From: Candidatus Omnitrophota bacterium
Lineage (GTDB): Bacteria; Omnitrophota; Gorgyraeia; Zapsychrales; JAHFFX01
NCBI GenBank assembly: GCA_023247705.1
Contig: JAHFFY010000009.1
Span: 1,688 to 65,687, forward strand
DNA: 64,000 nucleotides
Direction: 5' to 3'
The notes beneath the pieces were generated by a model. That model searched no databases. It was given only the letters and a program-made list of their open reading frames with translations, and was not told where the DNA came from. The position numbers and the translations under genes are program-made. Below are positions 20,293 to 32,700 of the stretch, piece by piece (within the stretch, counting starts at the first letter, position 1; each line of letters opens with the position of its first letter).

Positions 20293-20702
20293 ACGAGATC
20301 ACCTTTTCGTATAAAACTTACAAAAAAACGCATTACCCCATCATCCCTATCGAAATCACCAATAAACGCACCAAAATCAAAACCAACGCCTACGTTGATT
20401 CCGGCGCTTCATTGTCAGTTTTTTCGATCAAAGAAGCGGTACGGCTGGGCCTGGACCGCCGCAGCGGACGGAAAGCCACGATCACCGTGGGAGACGGAAG
20501 TTTTGTCACGATTCATCTGCACAGGCTTTCGGTCAAAATCGGACACAGCCATCTCAAAGCGACGATCGGGTTTTCTCCAAGACTGAGCGTCAATCTGATC
20601 GGACGGAAAGATATCTTCGAATTTTTTGATATTACCTTCAGCGACAAAGACAAAATCGTTTCGTTTTACCCGCGTAAAGCCTCGATAAAACCGGCGGATT
20701 GA
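20289..20702 (+). CDS. Retropepsin-like (clan AA) single-domain aspartyl protease
   Basis: YPIIPIEI, catalytic AYVDSGASLS, flap TVGDG and NLIGRKDIF. ATGA overlap with the upstream gene. Confidence 0.88.
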   Translation: MNEITFSYKTYKKTHYPIIPIEITNKRTKIKTNAYVDSGASLSVFSIKEAVRLGLDRRSGRKATITVGDGSFVTIHLHRLSVKIGHSHLKATIGFSPRLSVNLIGRKDIFEFFDITFSDKDKIVSFYPRKASIKPAD

Positions 20703-23700
20703 TTTGTTTTTCAAGAAATGGTTCTCGATCAGTCCGGCGACTTTGTCTCTTTCGATCCGGCCAGAAACCACCGCAGCCCAAATCACTATCCTGATCAAAA
20801 ACTCAACAAAAAGATCATAACTTAAAAAATAGATCAAGAGACTACTTCCCATATTCAAAACAGGGATATGTCGCGAAAAGCTCAATTGCGTTCCTGCTGG
20901 TTCTTCAGAGGATCGACTCCGGGGGACGCGCCAAAATTGATGATGTCTTTTTCCTTGGGACGCAAGACCGGGACGATCAGATCGCATCAGCAAGAGCGTT
21001 GCCCCCAAAAGAACAATAAAGAAAAACTCATTGATACCTGCTGACGTTCCAAACGCGATGGTGCGATGGGAATCATCATCTTGTTTTTTTTCTTTTAATC
21101 GCTTTCTTTTTTGTTTTGGCGGACCGAATTGAGGTCTCCCCCGGTCGATTTGTGAAATAACAATCACCGCAGCGATCAATAATAAAACAATAAACGACCA
21201 TCCGGTATGTTCCGTGAAGAAATCCACCAGATCAAAAAAGATTCTTTCAAACGAGATGTCGGTGAAACTTGGGACAAAGCTCATGACAACTTCCTCAGTC
21301 GAACCACTCCTCATTCCTAATTTCACCAATTCCGGTGTATATAACTCTCCCATGCGTGAATAGAAAATATTTTTGATCTCCCAGGGCAGATTGGTTTTTT
21401 CAATAAATTCGTAGGTTTCTTTAAGGCTACGCAGGATTCTTTCCTGGGCCCTCGTCATCCGCGGTGGGGAAAAATTATCGCGGTGATTAAAAACTTTGAT
21501 GAGCTGGGCTGCCCTATATAGAGAAGAACCCGATGCCAGTACCCTGCGCAGATGCGGCACCGCGAAATCCTCCAGCAGCCCCAGGGCGCCGCGTCCGTAT
21601 GGACCACGGTTGAAAAAATAGTATTGATAGGAAGGTTGTTGATTCGTAAAAAAGATCCCCAAGATCAGGAGGATCAATACGGCCGGAGTTGGGACCAGCA
21701 TATTGGCATATAATATTTGCCTTGTTCTTTCGTCTCGATTCGGTTCTTCTATCTGCCTTAAAAGAATCCTTTGCCAATCCGTAAAATCCTCATATCCTTC
21801 TAAAAGCCTCCTGATATCGTCCACGGAAAGATTCGTTTCGCGTAAAACCCGGTGGATCAAGGCCTGGATCCTGATAAAATCCACTTCGGTATGCTCTTCC
21901 CATCGGATCCATTCAGGATGTGCGATATGAAAATATTCCCGGGAACGCTCAGCGAGATTAAAGTGATCGAGCTGTTGCGGATAATTTAAGGAAAGCGCGA
22001 GCAGAACCAAAACAAAGGTATCGACATCGTCGAATTTCGGGTCGGCGATCATTCGTTCGATTATGAATTTCGTGTTGATTCCGTACTGCTGTTCCAAATG
22101 ATTCCGGTCAATAAAAGAATCAAGAAAATCGACGAGGCTTTGCCGGCCTCTCACCATGTCAATCATCTGAGCCAGAAGCTGACCTTTCAACGCGTGAATC
22201 GTGTCCGTAATATTTTCGACCATCCCGATCGAAGGAATTTCTTCGCCTCTTTCCAGCCGGGCATACATCTGGGGGGATAGGCCTGCTTCCTGAGCCACCC
22301 AACCCGATGGCAACCAGAGCGTTAAACGCAACTGGGCCAATTCACGCCCCATGGAAACGGTTGTTTCTCCGTTGATCAGATAACCGATATCGGTCCCGAA
22401 CGCCCATAATCCTCGGATCGAAGTGAATAAGGCAAAATTCTGGATCTGCCAGCTGCGTATCTTATTTAATCCGATCAAATATCCCAGTTGATAATCGCTG
22501 TACCCATTACGCTGTTTCAAACGTTCGACTCTTTCGATAAACAATGATCGCTCAAAGTTGCGAATGTCATCAGGCCCTCCCAATCCCAGCAATAACCAAC
22601 GGACACTCAGATTAAGATAATTGACCAACGATAGAACGCTGGTCCTATAAAGATTAGGGATCCTGCGTTGAGCAGGCAAAACCGCGAGCTGGGATTTAAG
22701 CTGGTAAACCGTCCGGGCCCCGAGGACTCTTTCCTCAAAAAGTTTTGTCCATGAGCTTCCCATGTCCTGTAAACGATCGTTGATCCGCTCCGGAAGATAT
22801 CTCAGACGGTCAAAATAATCCAGAAGCGACGGCCGGGATAAAATGGCAATGGCCTCTTGAATTAAAAAATAGGTGTACGATTTCGAATAGCCTAATGATT
22901 GCACCATTTGATCGATGGTTTTGGGAGCTTCTGAAATTCCTAAATACCCATTGATAAACTTGATCAGCAAAGTAGATTTCAGCATGCCATCGTATCGCCC
23001 ATCGGCCATGCGCGCATAAACATTCTGAATCATTCTGGCCTTAGGGCCATAAATTCGTCCTTCAAGCACGTTTTTCAAGAAAACAATTTCGTCTTTACTA
23101 ATGAATCCTTTCAGCATGGCCTCATCTTCTTGAACCAATCCCCCTAACGCTTCGTTTACTTGTAAATCCAGGGCCATGACCAAACGGACAAGACCGCTGC
23201 CCCGGGAAGGAAACTGTATGGTTAACATCCGTGAGGCAAATTTTGGTTTGACCTCCAGGCGTTGTGCAAGAATTTTGCTGCCGATCCGTTTTCGTCGGGC
23301 AATCGCGCGTAACCGTAACGGAAGAGTTGCGAGATCCGGTTGTTCCATCGTCTCGGATTGAGAAATGATGATATCTTCCATAGGAATTTTGAGATCGATC
23401 AATCTTGCCATCGCGACATTCAAACCGATCGCGATCTTTCTTAAACTTTCGAGTTCCGCGTCACGTCTGCCATTTTCTAGCGCCGGCACAATGCGGTTAT
23501 CAATATCGGCTTGATCGGCTAACTGTTGACGGCCTAATCCTCTTTTTAAACGGACATATCTGATCCGCGCGCCGATGGACTTGACGATTTCCTCCCGGCT
23601 CGGGATCCGGGGATGAGCGTCGAGACGCTGGTCGGGCCTTTTTTCCCAATTCACCTCGGACATCAAGAAAATCATCAATCCTAAGAATAAAATTTCCACC

Positions 23701-26700
23701 CCCAACGCTGGAAATCCGACGACCGCGTAATGCCCTTCGTCATTCGTTCCTTGCAATTGCGCCAATAGGACTTTCTGCCAATCGGTGAGATCTTCGTAGC
23801 CTTCCAAGAGGGTGCGAATATCTTCCAGCGAAAGATGTGTTTCCAAAACAACCCGATCCACCAAATGATGAATTGTTTCTAAATCAATTTCTTCATTTCC
23901 TGGAATCTGGGGTGGAACGGCAAAATTGATATGCACATATTCCGAAGACCGTTCGGCAAGATTATGGTAATCGAGTTCTTGGGGATAATTGAGCGAGAGC
24001 GCCAACAAGAACATCACGAAGGTATCGATGTCTTCAAATTGAGAATCAGCAATCATCCGTTCGATAACGAATTGAGTGTTGATCCCGTATTGTATTTCCA
24101 AATGATTCCTCCGGATAAAATCATCCAGAAATTCGGTCAGACTTTGGTTTTTGCGGACCCGATCAATCATCAGCATTAAAAACTGCCCTTTCAGAGCATG
24201 CATCGTGTCGGTGATTTTCTCGATGATCGCTATGGTCGGCACCTCTTCACCGCGTTCGATGCGGCTATAAACCCACGAAGATATTCCCGATTCCTGGGCA
24301 ACCCAACGTCGCGGAAGCCACAACGATAAACGCAATTGTTCCAGATCACGTCCCATCCCTGCGGTCGTTTCACCTTTGATCAAATATCCGAGATCGGTTT
24401 CGAGTCCCCAAAACGCTTTCGTTGCCGTCAATAAAGCCAACTGCCGGACCGGATGAACTTTAAAATTATCCAAGCCCACAAATCGTCCCAGTTGGCTCGT
24501 TGTGTAACCTTTGCGCGTCTTCAGACGTTCGAGCCGTTCTTCTAACGATGTCGCTTCGACTAACCTCGCGTCTTCCGATGTACCCAACCCTAACAATAAC
24601 CAACGCACATTCACGTCAATGGCATCGGCCAGATCGATCGTTATAGGGAGAAATAAATTATGAACCTTTCGCTGAGCAACAGGAACCCCAAACTGTTCTT
24701 TGAGAAGATAAACGGATCTGTTGTTTGATACAGCCCGATAAAGATCAACCCATTCCATATTTTTTTCTTTTAACCGCAGATCTATCCGATCGGGGATCAA
24801 ACGAAACGCGTTAAAATAATCCAAAATTTCCGGACGGAATAAAACCGCGTAGGCCAGCATCCGCAAACGCTGCACGCGGTGCCGGGAATAACCGGTGGCC
24901 GCAGCAATTTGTGCGAACGATTTCGGGCGTCCGTCCAATCCTAAATATTCACGGACAATCCGCGCCAGGAGTCGCGCGTCAAGCATGTGATCATAGTCTT
25001 CCTTCGACATCCGCTCATAAGCCTGAACCACTTTGCGGGAAAAAGGGCCATAGATTCTTTCTTCCAAAATATTTTTCAATAACATATGTTGTTCTGAGTT
25101 CACAATACGTTCCGGTTGACTTGTCACCGCAGAGATCGAAGCCAAAACCTCAGAAACCTCAGCATCGATCGCGATGATCAGACGGATCAAACCGGTCATA
25201 CGCTCAGGAAAATCCAAGTTAAACAATCGCACCGCCGAAGCTCTTTGAATCTCCAGGCGTTCGGCGAGCTCTTGATAATTCATGCGCTGACGTCTAAAAA
25301 TCGCTAATAGCCTCGCCGGCAAGGTTTGTAAATCGGGTTGAGGCGTAGGCTGTTGCGCGGGAAATTCTTTAAATTCAATCATTGCTTCTTTAACGAGTTT
25401 CAAATCAAGTAAACGCGCCAAAGAAACTTCCATGGCCATGCTTAACTTCATCAAACTTTCAAGCGACGCGTCTCTCTTCCCTTCTTCCAAAGGACCGATG
25501 AGGCCTCCTGATATTTTATATTTTCTTCTTAATTCTGTTCTGGTTAATCCGCGTTCTTCCCGGACATATTGAACCCGGCCACCGATGACGCGCATGATTT
25601 CTTCCCGGTTGGGAATGCGCGGCCGGATGGCCACGCGTTGATGATGTTTTCTATCATCATTAAACTGCGTCATCAGGAAAATCATCACGCCAAAAAAGAT
25701 CCAAGTTATGTCACCCGGTCCGTTGAGCACCGGGAAAGAAAACGCCAATAAACTTTCCGGTGAGTCTGTAGGCCGCCCGAGATGTTCAGGGTTGGCCGTT
25801 TTTTTGAACCGGGAAAGAAACGGATAATCTCTCAAGGCATATACCCATAAGGTGAATAAAACCATGATTTGCCAAAGCAACACGCGCGGTTGAAGCAAAA
25901 ACCCAATAACCAATAACGACGATAGAATTGCAGCCTCCAAAGAAGAAAAGCGGTAAGGAACAAATCGCCGGTCCTTGCGCGGCCACAGGACGTTGAACAA
26001 TTCTTCTCTGTTCTTAAATTGAAAGAGCGAAATCGTCCCTAGCATAAAACTCACGGTGCTCAATCCCAGAAAAATATAATTTTTCGGTTGGGGTAAAACG
26101 AAAGTCAAATAAGACAAAAGAGAAAAAAGATTGATCGAAGCGTGATAAGCGACTGCCGCCACCAATCCCAATCGATAAAAAATATAGCTTAGGAAGAAAG
26201 TGTCCAGCATTCGCAAACTGATCAGAAAATAATCACTCTGCTCATGGAGAATGACAAAAAGAAATGAAATGACGACCGCAGAAATCCCAAAGGCCCACCG
26301 CTGTCCGAGCCGCGATAGAATTTTAACCAAACTTCCCATGGCCACTCCTCGGGCGACGAATTCTTCCGCAATGGCGGCTTGAATGGTTCCCTCGAAACTA
26401 TACGCGAGGATACCAAACCACGAGAAGTCCACCAGCAGCGGAGGTTGATAACTGGCATTTACTTTAAAACGAAGAATCGACCGAATGATCACCGCACCGG
26501 TTAAAAACAAACGCATCAAAATGACCGAATGAAAAGCGATCTTGATCGCATGCAAGAATCCCGGGACCCATTCCTGTGTTCGCACCCATTGCGAACGGAA
26601 AGCGAAGATCAACATCCCTTGGATGAGAATCATTGTCAAGGCTATCTCCAAACCGACGATGACCAAGGACATTTTCGGTTCATCTTGTTTCACCCACGCG

Positions 26701-29700
26701 CTGAAAGATTTCTGCCCTTGATAAAGGATCCTTTCCATGAAGATCTCTTTTCCGGTGGACAATGTTCTTTGCGCCATCATCTCGATGAGATCCAGAGGGA
26801 CTTCAAAAACGTTATATCCCTCCAGCCTTTGCACGGCCTCTTCCTTATCGATGCCGCTTCTTAAATCGCCCACCGGCCTTAAGAAATTTTCCAAATCAGC
26901 ATCGGTTTCCACCTGATGCTTGGGTACGAACCCCACAAACAAGGTCCTGTCGTCAAAGATCAAACGATATAACCGGTAAATGCCCTGGGCCGTATAAACA
27001 TGGTGATAATACAAATCTTTCGACATCAATTTATGATCCGGACGCCTGAGCGCTTCCAGAATCTTTTCAGCCAATCTCCGCCGGAGTTCGGCATTCTTTA
27101 AAATCATGAGTAAATCAAACATGGAAGAATCATCCAGGATAGCGATCTTAGCAATGAACTGCGGAACAACAGCTCCTCCCGGACTCATTGGCCCGTTGAT
27201 CTCCACTGATTCCAGCAAAAATTCGACCCACTCTGCTACGCGCTCGGACACTAACGCGCTTAGGCCGCGCAAGTCGATCGCCAGTTCAATGATGCGTCGT
27301 TCGATGCCTGTATTCTCACCGACAGCCCGAAGATACTCATGATAGGTGCCTTTGAGCAAGGCCTCTTTGATCTCGGTAAGATTTCCCTGTTTTGGAATCG
27401 TAATTTCGCTTAGGTCCAGATTGTTAAACCAATCCAATAAAACCCAGCTGTCGAGTTCCAGGATCAGCAAACTCGCGTCCTCAGCTGAATACGCGGCGGT
27501 TAGAATGTTCTCTAATTCAACCGTCTTTTCTCTATAAAAAGAAATCTCTCGATAATAAACACCCAAACTTGTTTCATTAAAAATTTCCGGATCTAACTCA
27601 ACAACATTGATCCAATAATACAAAGCTTTCTGTTTGTTCCCGATCTTGTGATACGCTTCGGCGAGCTGTTGATCAATTGAAATTGTTCTTTTACCTTGCA
27701 GGACAACGGACTCGAGGTAAGTGATGACCTGAGCCGGATGATCGAGTTTGCTATGAACAAATCCCAAATGTTCATCAAGATCGGGATAATTTTCGTTTAA
27801 GTGTTCGACGCGTTCAAAATCCTCAACGGCGTTCTGGTACTCGCCCAGATATTCATAAGCCAATCCCCGATGGAAATGGCTTTCCATGAGACTCCCGGGA
27901 CCGGACGTCAGGACAGACGGAGCAAGGGCAATGGCCTCGTTAAATTCTTCAATGCCCCATTTCCATTGCTGAATATTCATAAAAGCCATCGCTCTGCGAT
28001 AACGGATCATGAAAGAATCATTGCTCTGTGCATTCATCTGCTCAGGGCTCAACATCATGTCTTCTAAAATACCCACCGCTTGGTTCAAGAGAGGAATCTG
28101 CAAAGACTTTAACCACTCCTTCGCGAGATCGAATATTTGCTTATTCTCCAACCGTTGGCCGTGATTTGCCCGCGCATCCCGAATCCGCAACACCAGTTCC
28201 GGAATACGATCCACGGGAACATAACGGGTCAAATTCGTGACAAATGGCATAAACTTAAGAAACGCGCCACCCTTATCTTCCCAGTTCCTCAAGATGATCT
28301 GTTGAATCATCGACATGAGCGCAACATCGCGGTATGCCTGGGCATCGGGCTGCACCCCATCAAAAAATTGTTTGCGTATCAAAGCCAGACGGACATCAAG
28401 CATATTTTCTCTCAATGGAATCGATTCGGCGGTGATCCCGGGAAACTCAGGTGGGATATATTTTTCTACGCCAGCCCTTTCATATCCCTTAAACGTAATC
28501 ACTTTATTATTATTTCCCGTTAACATCTGTGGGATAAATTCCCCCATGGCGCGCGCTCCATAGTGGTGAATGTATTTGATGGATGCTTCGATCGTCCTTC
28601 TTTGAAGTTCCAAAAACAGATCATCACGGCCATCCAGGAGATAATTATAGGCCCGCTCACTCGCTAAGACCATTCGGCTATAATAGAGACTGACGTCTTC
28701 ATACACCGGACCGATCACGATTCTGATATTCCGATAACCTTCAAGTCTTTTCCCGCGGATGAAATTGAAGAACGCCCGCTCAAACGGATGACGGGGGATC
28801 GTAAAAGCGTTCTTGGTCGAACTTTTTTGATTCTGGCTTTGCCGCCGTTTGTTCTCGGTATCGACCGTCAGCTTGATCCGCTTGACTAAAATGTCATCCG
28901 ATTCATAATCATCCGACAGCAAACGTTCTTTATCCCCTTCTTTGAGCTGTTCTTCATCGATGCTTCCCGTGGCCTGAAGCACGATGACAAAATGCGCTGT
29001 TTTTCCTCCCAATTGGTCAAACATTTGATCGATGGTTTCTCTGGCTTCCTGAAAATCCAATTCCGAATAATAAGAATCATAAATGACCGCCCATCGCAAT
29101 GGATTCTCAACGATATGCACGGAATCAATCGTCTTCTTAAGTCGATTTTGTTCCGATAAGAATGCGTTTAAAAAATCATTGGCGATGCTGCCGTGCAGTC
29201 CTTCGAACAGAACACTCTTCTTCAACGCGTCGATTTGCTTTCCTTTCGAACCCATCGCCAAGATGGGTGTCAAAAGAACCGACAATTCACGGATGTCCCG
29301 GGCAAAATTCTTGGCAAACAAAGCTAGACCGTCCTGATGTCTTTGCCGTTCTTCTTCATCGCGGCTATCTTCGATCTTCTGCGCAAGAATGCGGCTGGTC
29401 ACCTCAATCGCACTTTGAAGGATTAAATTGATCGAATTTCTCTCCGACTCCCGTGAGGAACGTCCTGAACCATTGACCATCATCAAGGACCAAAAACCAA
29501 AACTTAAGATCAACAGAATAACCATTTGATCTATCCCCTCCGTCCCGAGGGCAAATGGAATCGACCAAGCCGATGCAGGCTCATCCGGAAAATCGTCGTG
29601 AGGGAGGGCTCCTTTTTTTTGCGCAGGAGCTCTGGTCTTACTGTCTTTATTGGAGTTTGGTTTCTTTTCCTCGAATCTTTTCTTAGGCGGAGTAGGCCAA

Positions 29701-32700
29701 GAGTATTGACGATCAAAAAACTTTATAAAATTCTTAAGGACATCTTCATACTCCTGGGCCTTCTGAGGATATTCCTGGGCTTTGAGAAGACGGATATAAT
29801 GATTCAAGGCATCTTTAAACCGGCGTTCTAATTCGGACGTTGGATTGGATCCGGGATAATATTTCATCGAGAACAAAGCCGATTCAAAGGCTTCAACGGA
29901 TTGATTCAGTTGTTTTTGATGCAACAAAATTTCGGCCAATAATAAAAGAACATCTTCATCCGATGGATCGTGTTGAAGAGCGACCGAAAGATAATGCGCG
30001 GCGTCTTGCAACACTTGATCTCGGTTCTCTGTCTCGTCACGACCCAATGAATCCAGCCTGGACTTGGCCAATGAAAAAAGTTGGTGAATCACTTCTTCAT
30101 TTAATTTTAAAGCCCAGAAATTCTTATCTATGAACAATCGGCTTTCTTCTCTTAAAGCATCACCCACAATGGCCAGCACTCTATTCTGCGGATCTTTCTC
30201 TATCGCCTTATGAATGTACTTTAAAAAAATTTTACTATATTCCGAATCCATCCATTTCAACGATACGATGATCTGAGCACGACTAAACTCATTTTCACTC
30301 TTCTTGGTTATAAATCCCGGAGACGGCAACAACGATTCAACCGGCCATTCCTGCACATGCTGAGAAAGCCCCTGTTGATTCACCCGGTAAGTTAAGACCC
30401 GTTTATAAATACGAAATCTTTCCTCAGGGGCCGGATCCACAGCAACCGCCAAGTTCACATCAGTAGAAGATACCGCTTTGACCTGAAGTTCGGTATAGGT
30501 AAGCTGTGGATATTGTGTCATTAAAAATTTGATCCAATAGCCCAGTTGTCGATCATTAGCCGGATCAAATACATCCGGCCGTTTTTCTAGAAGCTCGGGT
30601 CTTAAACCGGGCAGGATATCCCTCAGGAATACAAAAATTTCATTATTCGATAACAACAGATCGTTGCTCATGTCCTCTTGCGGATTCTCCATTAAGAGTT
30701 GAGCCGTAAAGACCGCATCGCGAGAAAACTGAACAGCAGAATCACTCCGGGCCAAGCGATCAGAAGGAGATAAGACCAGATTACTCAAAAAGAAAATAAG
30801 AAATAAGAATATAAATCTATTCCAACCGATGGACCGATCTCTGATTGAATATCGCAATCCATCCGCAAGTTTTAGAAATACTCCCCCAATAAATACGACT
30901 CCCAACACAAACAACACGACGACATTGCTATTCAACGACGGGAACAGAATCAATTTAAAATTCATCAAATCGCCTGAAGCGGAATCTTCCTCCACATCTT
31001 GATAATTTGAGAAACGGCCTCGATTGTTGCGTCCGTCGTCTTTTTTCTTTAGAAAGAATTCGTCCGAACTTTGTAATTGAAGCGGTTTCTCATGGTCAAA
31101 ACGCGATAACGGCTGATCCTGGACTTCTTTGTTGACCACGACCGCAATCGAGGACAGATTTTTTTCCCCTTGATCAACATAATTGATCAATTGCAGAACC
31201 AGCCGCTGCAATCCTTTATACGTCGTCGCATTGGCGTGATTGACCTCGGCATTGCCTTCCATCTCAACATACGTTGCTTCCGGGATGGAAAGCCCATTAT
31301 TCATTGTGATAATTCCATCGGTTCCCGGTGTCCCATAAAATCGACCGAGTAAAGATAAATGTGTCGACTCAACGGGATTTCCGGATTTTGTCTTGGTCGA
31401 AATAATAACTCTCAATGGACGGTTCTTTTGGAGTGAAAACTTCTGTTGCAGTGTACGAATAAACCGTTTATTGTCTTCGCCGAACAGGAAGGAACCCAAA
31501 AATGTACGCGCGGCCTCTTTCCCCCACCAATAGGTTCGAAATTCTTCCCACCAGCCTGAAATCCAATTTGTGGAACCCTGTGTCAGGCTGAACGCGGGAT
31601 TGATCAAAATATAGGCTAAAACTTCTTCCCGGTGATCCAGAGACATCAAGCCGGCGGCAACCCCTCCAAAACTATTGCCTACCACGACAAAACGCGCATG
31701 GGGATTCTCCTGTTTAAGCTGATCCAAAACGTCGTTGGCTGTCTTAACATCTTGATTGATCGTTCCGGTAAAATTCTGTTTCAAATTCCTATCTTCAGCC
31801 AACGGAACACTATTGATCTCATGAAACTGACTTAAATAAAATGCAAGTCCCTTCTCTTTGGAGAAATAACCATCGTCGTATTTAGCGCCGACGTTTAACT
31901 CTTCCTTCAACCAGGTTATAAAAGCATTCGAAGGCTCAAGGATCATCCGTCCCGGGAAAAAAACAACAATCGTTTTCGATTCCCGGATTTCTTCTCCCTC
32001 CAATGTAACCGGTTTACTCCAGGAAATGAGCGGAAGATTTTCGGAAAATTTTTTAATTCCGAATTTCATATGGGCGAACATCCGGCTCTGGCCGGCTTTG
32101 AGACCAACGAGGACAGTTTCAAACCAGGCATAACCGGTTATGATCTTTTGCACGGTTGTTACAAACCAGCGCCGTAAAGCCATTGTCCAAGACGGTGCGT
32201 CAAAATGCACTGGAGCCTCGGGGATATAATTGTAAATCTCGGGGGTTTGATGTGATGCCGGGGGGAATGGATTACTGGGGGGCCGCATTTCAGGGATCAG
32301 ATAAGGGGTAGTCAAAAAATATAAAGCCAGATATCCAACCAACGCCCGTTTGAAACGCCCTGCCTTGCGGTCAATGGATAATTTTGATTGTTGACCTAAC
32401 GGGACCGGTGGTGAACGGGGGAAATGCGATTTCCCATTCGCATGGCCATTTCCGTTTTTGAAATGATTCTGAATCCATCTTTTTCCATTCGCATGACCGT
32501 TTCTTTCCGGTGATGCGCCGGATGTCCAAGTATTGATTTTAAAATAAGCTTTTCTTTTATACGGTTCATTGTTCCGACGCCACCATCGATCGGACCGCCC
32601 CCGGCCTCTGTGGTCAGAAACAATCCCAACGATCAACATCGTCAATACAATCCCGATATTAAAGACGACCGCATCGGCATTGATTGCCAAGCCAATGACG

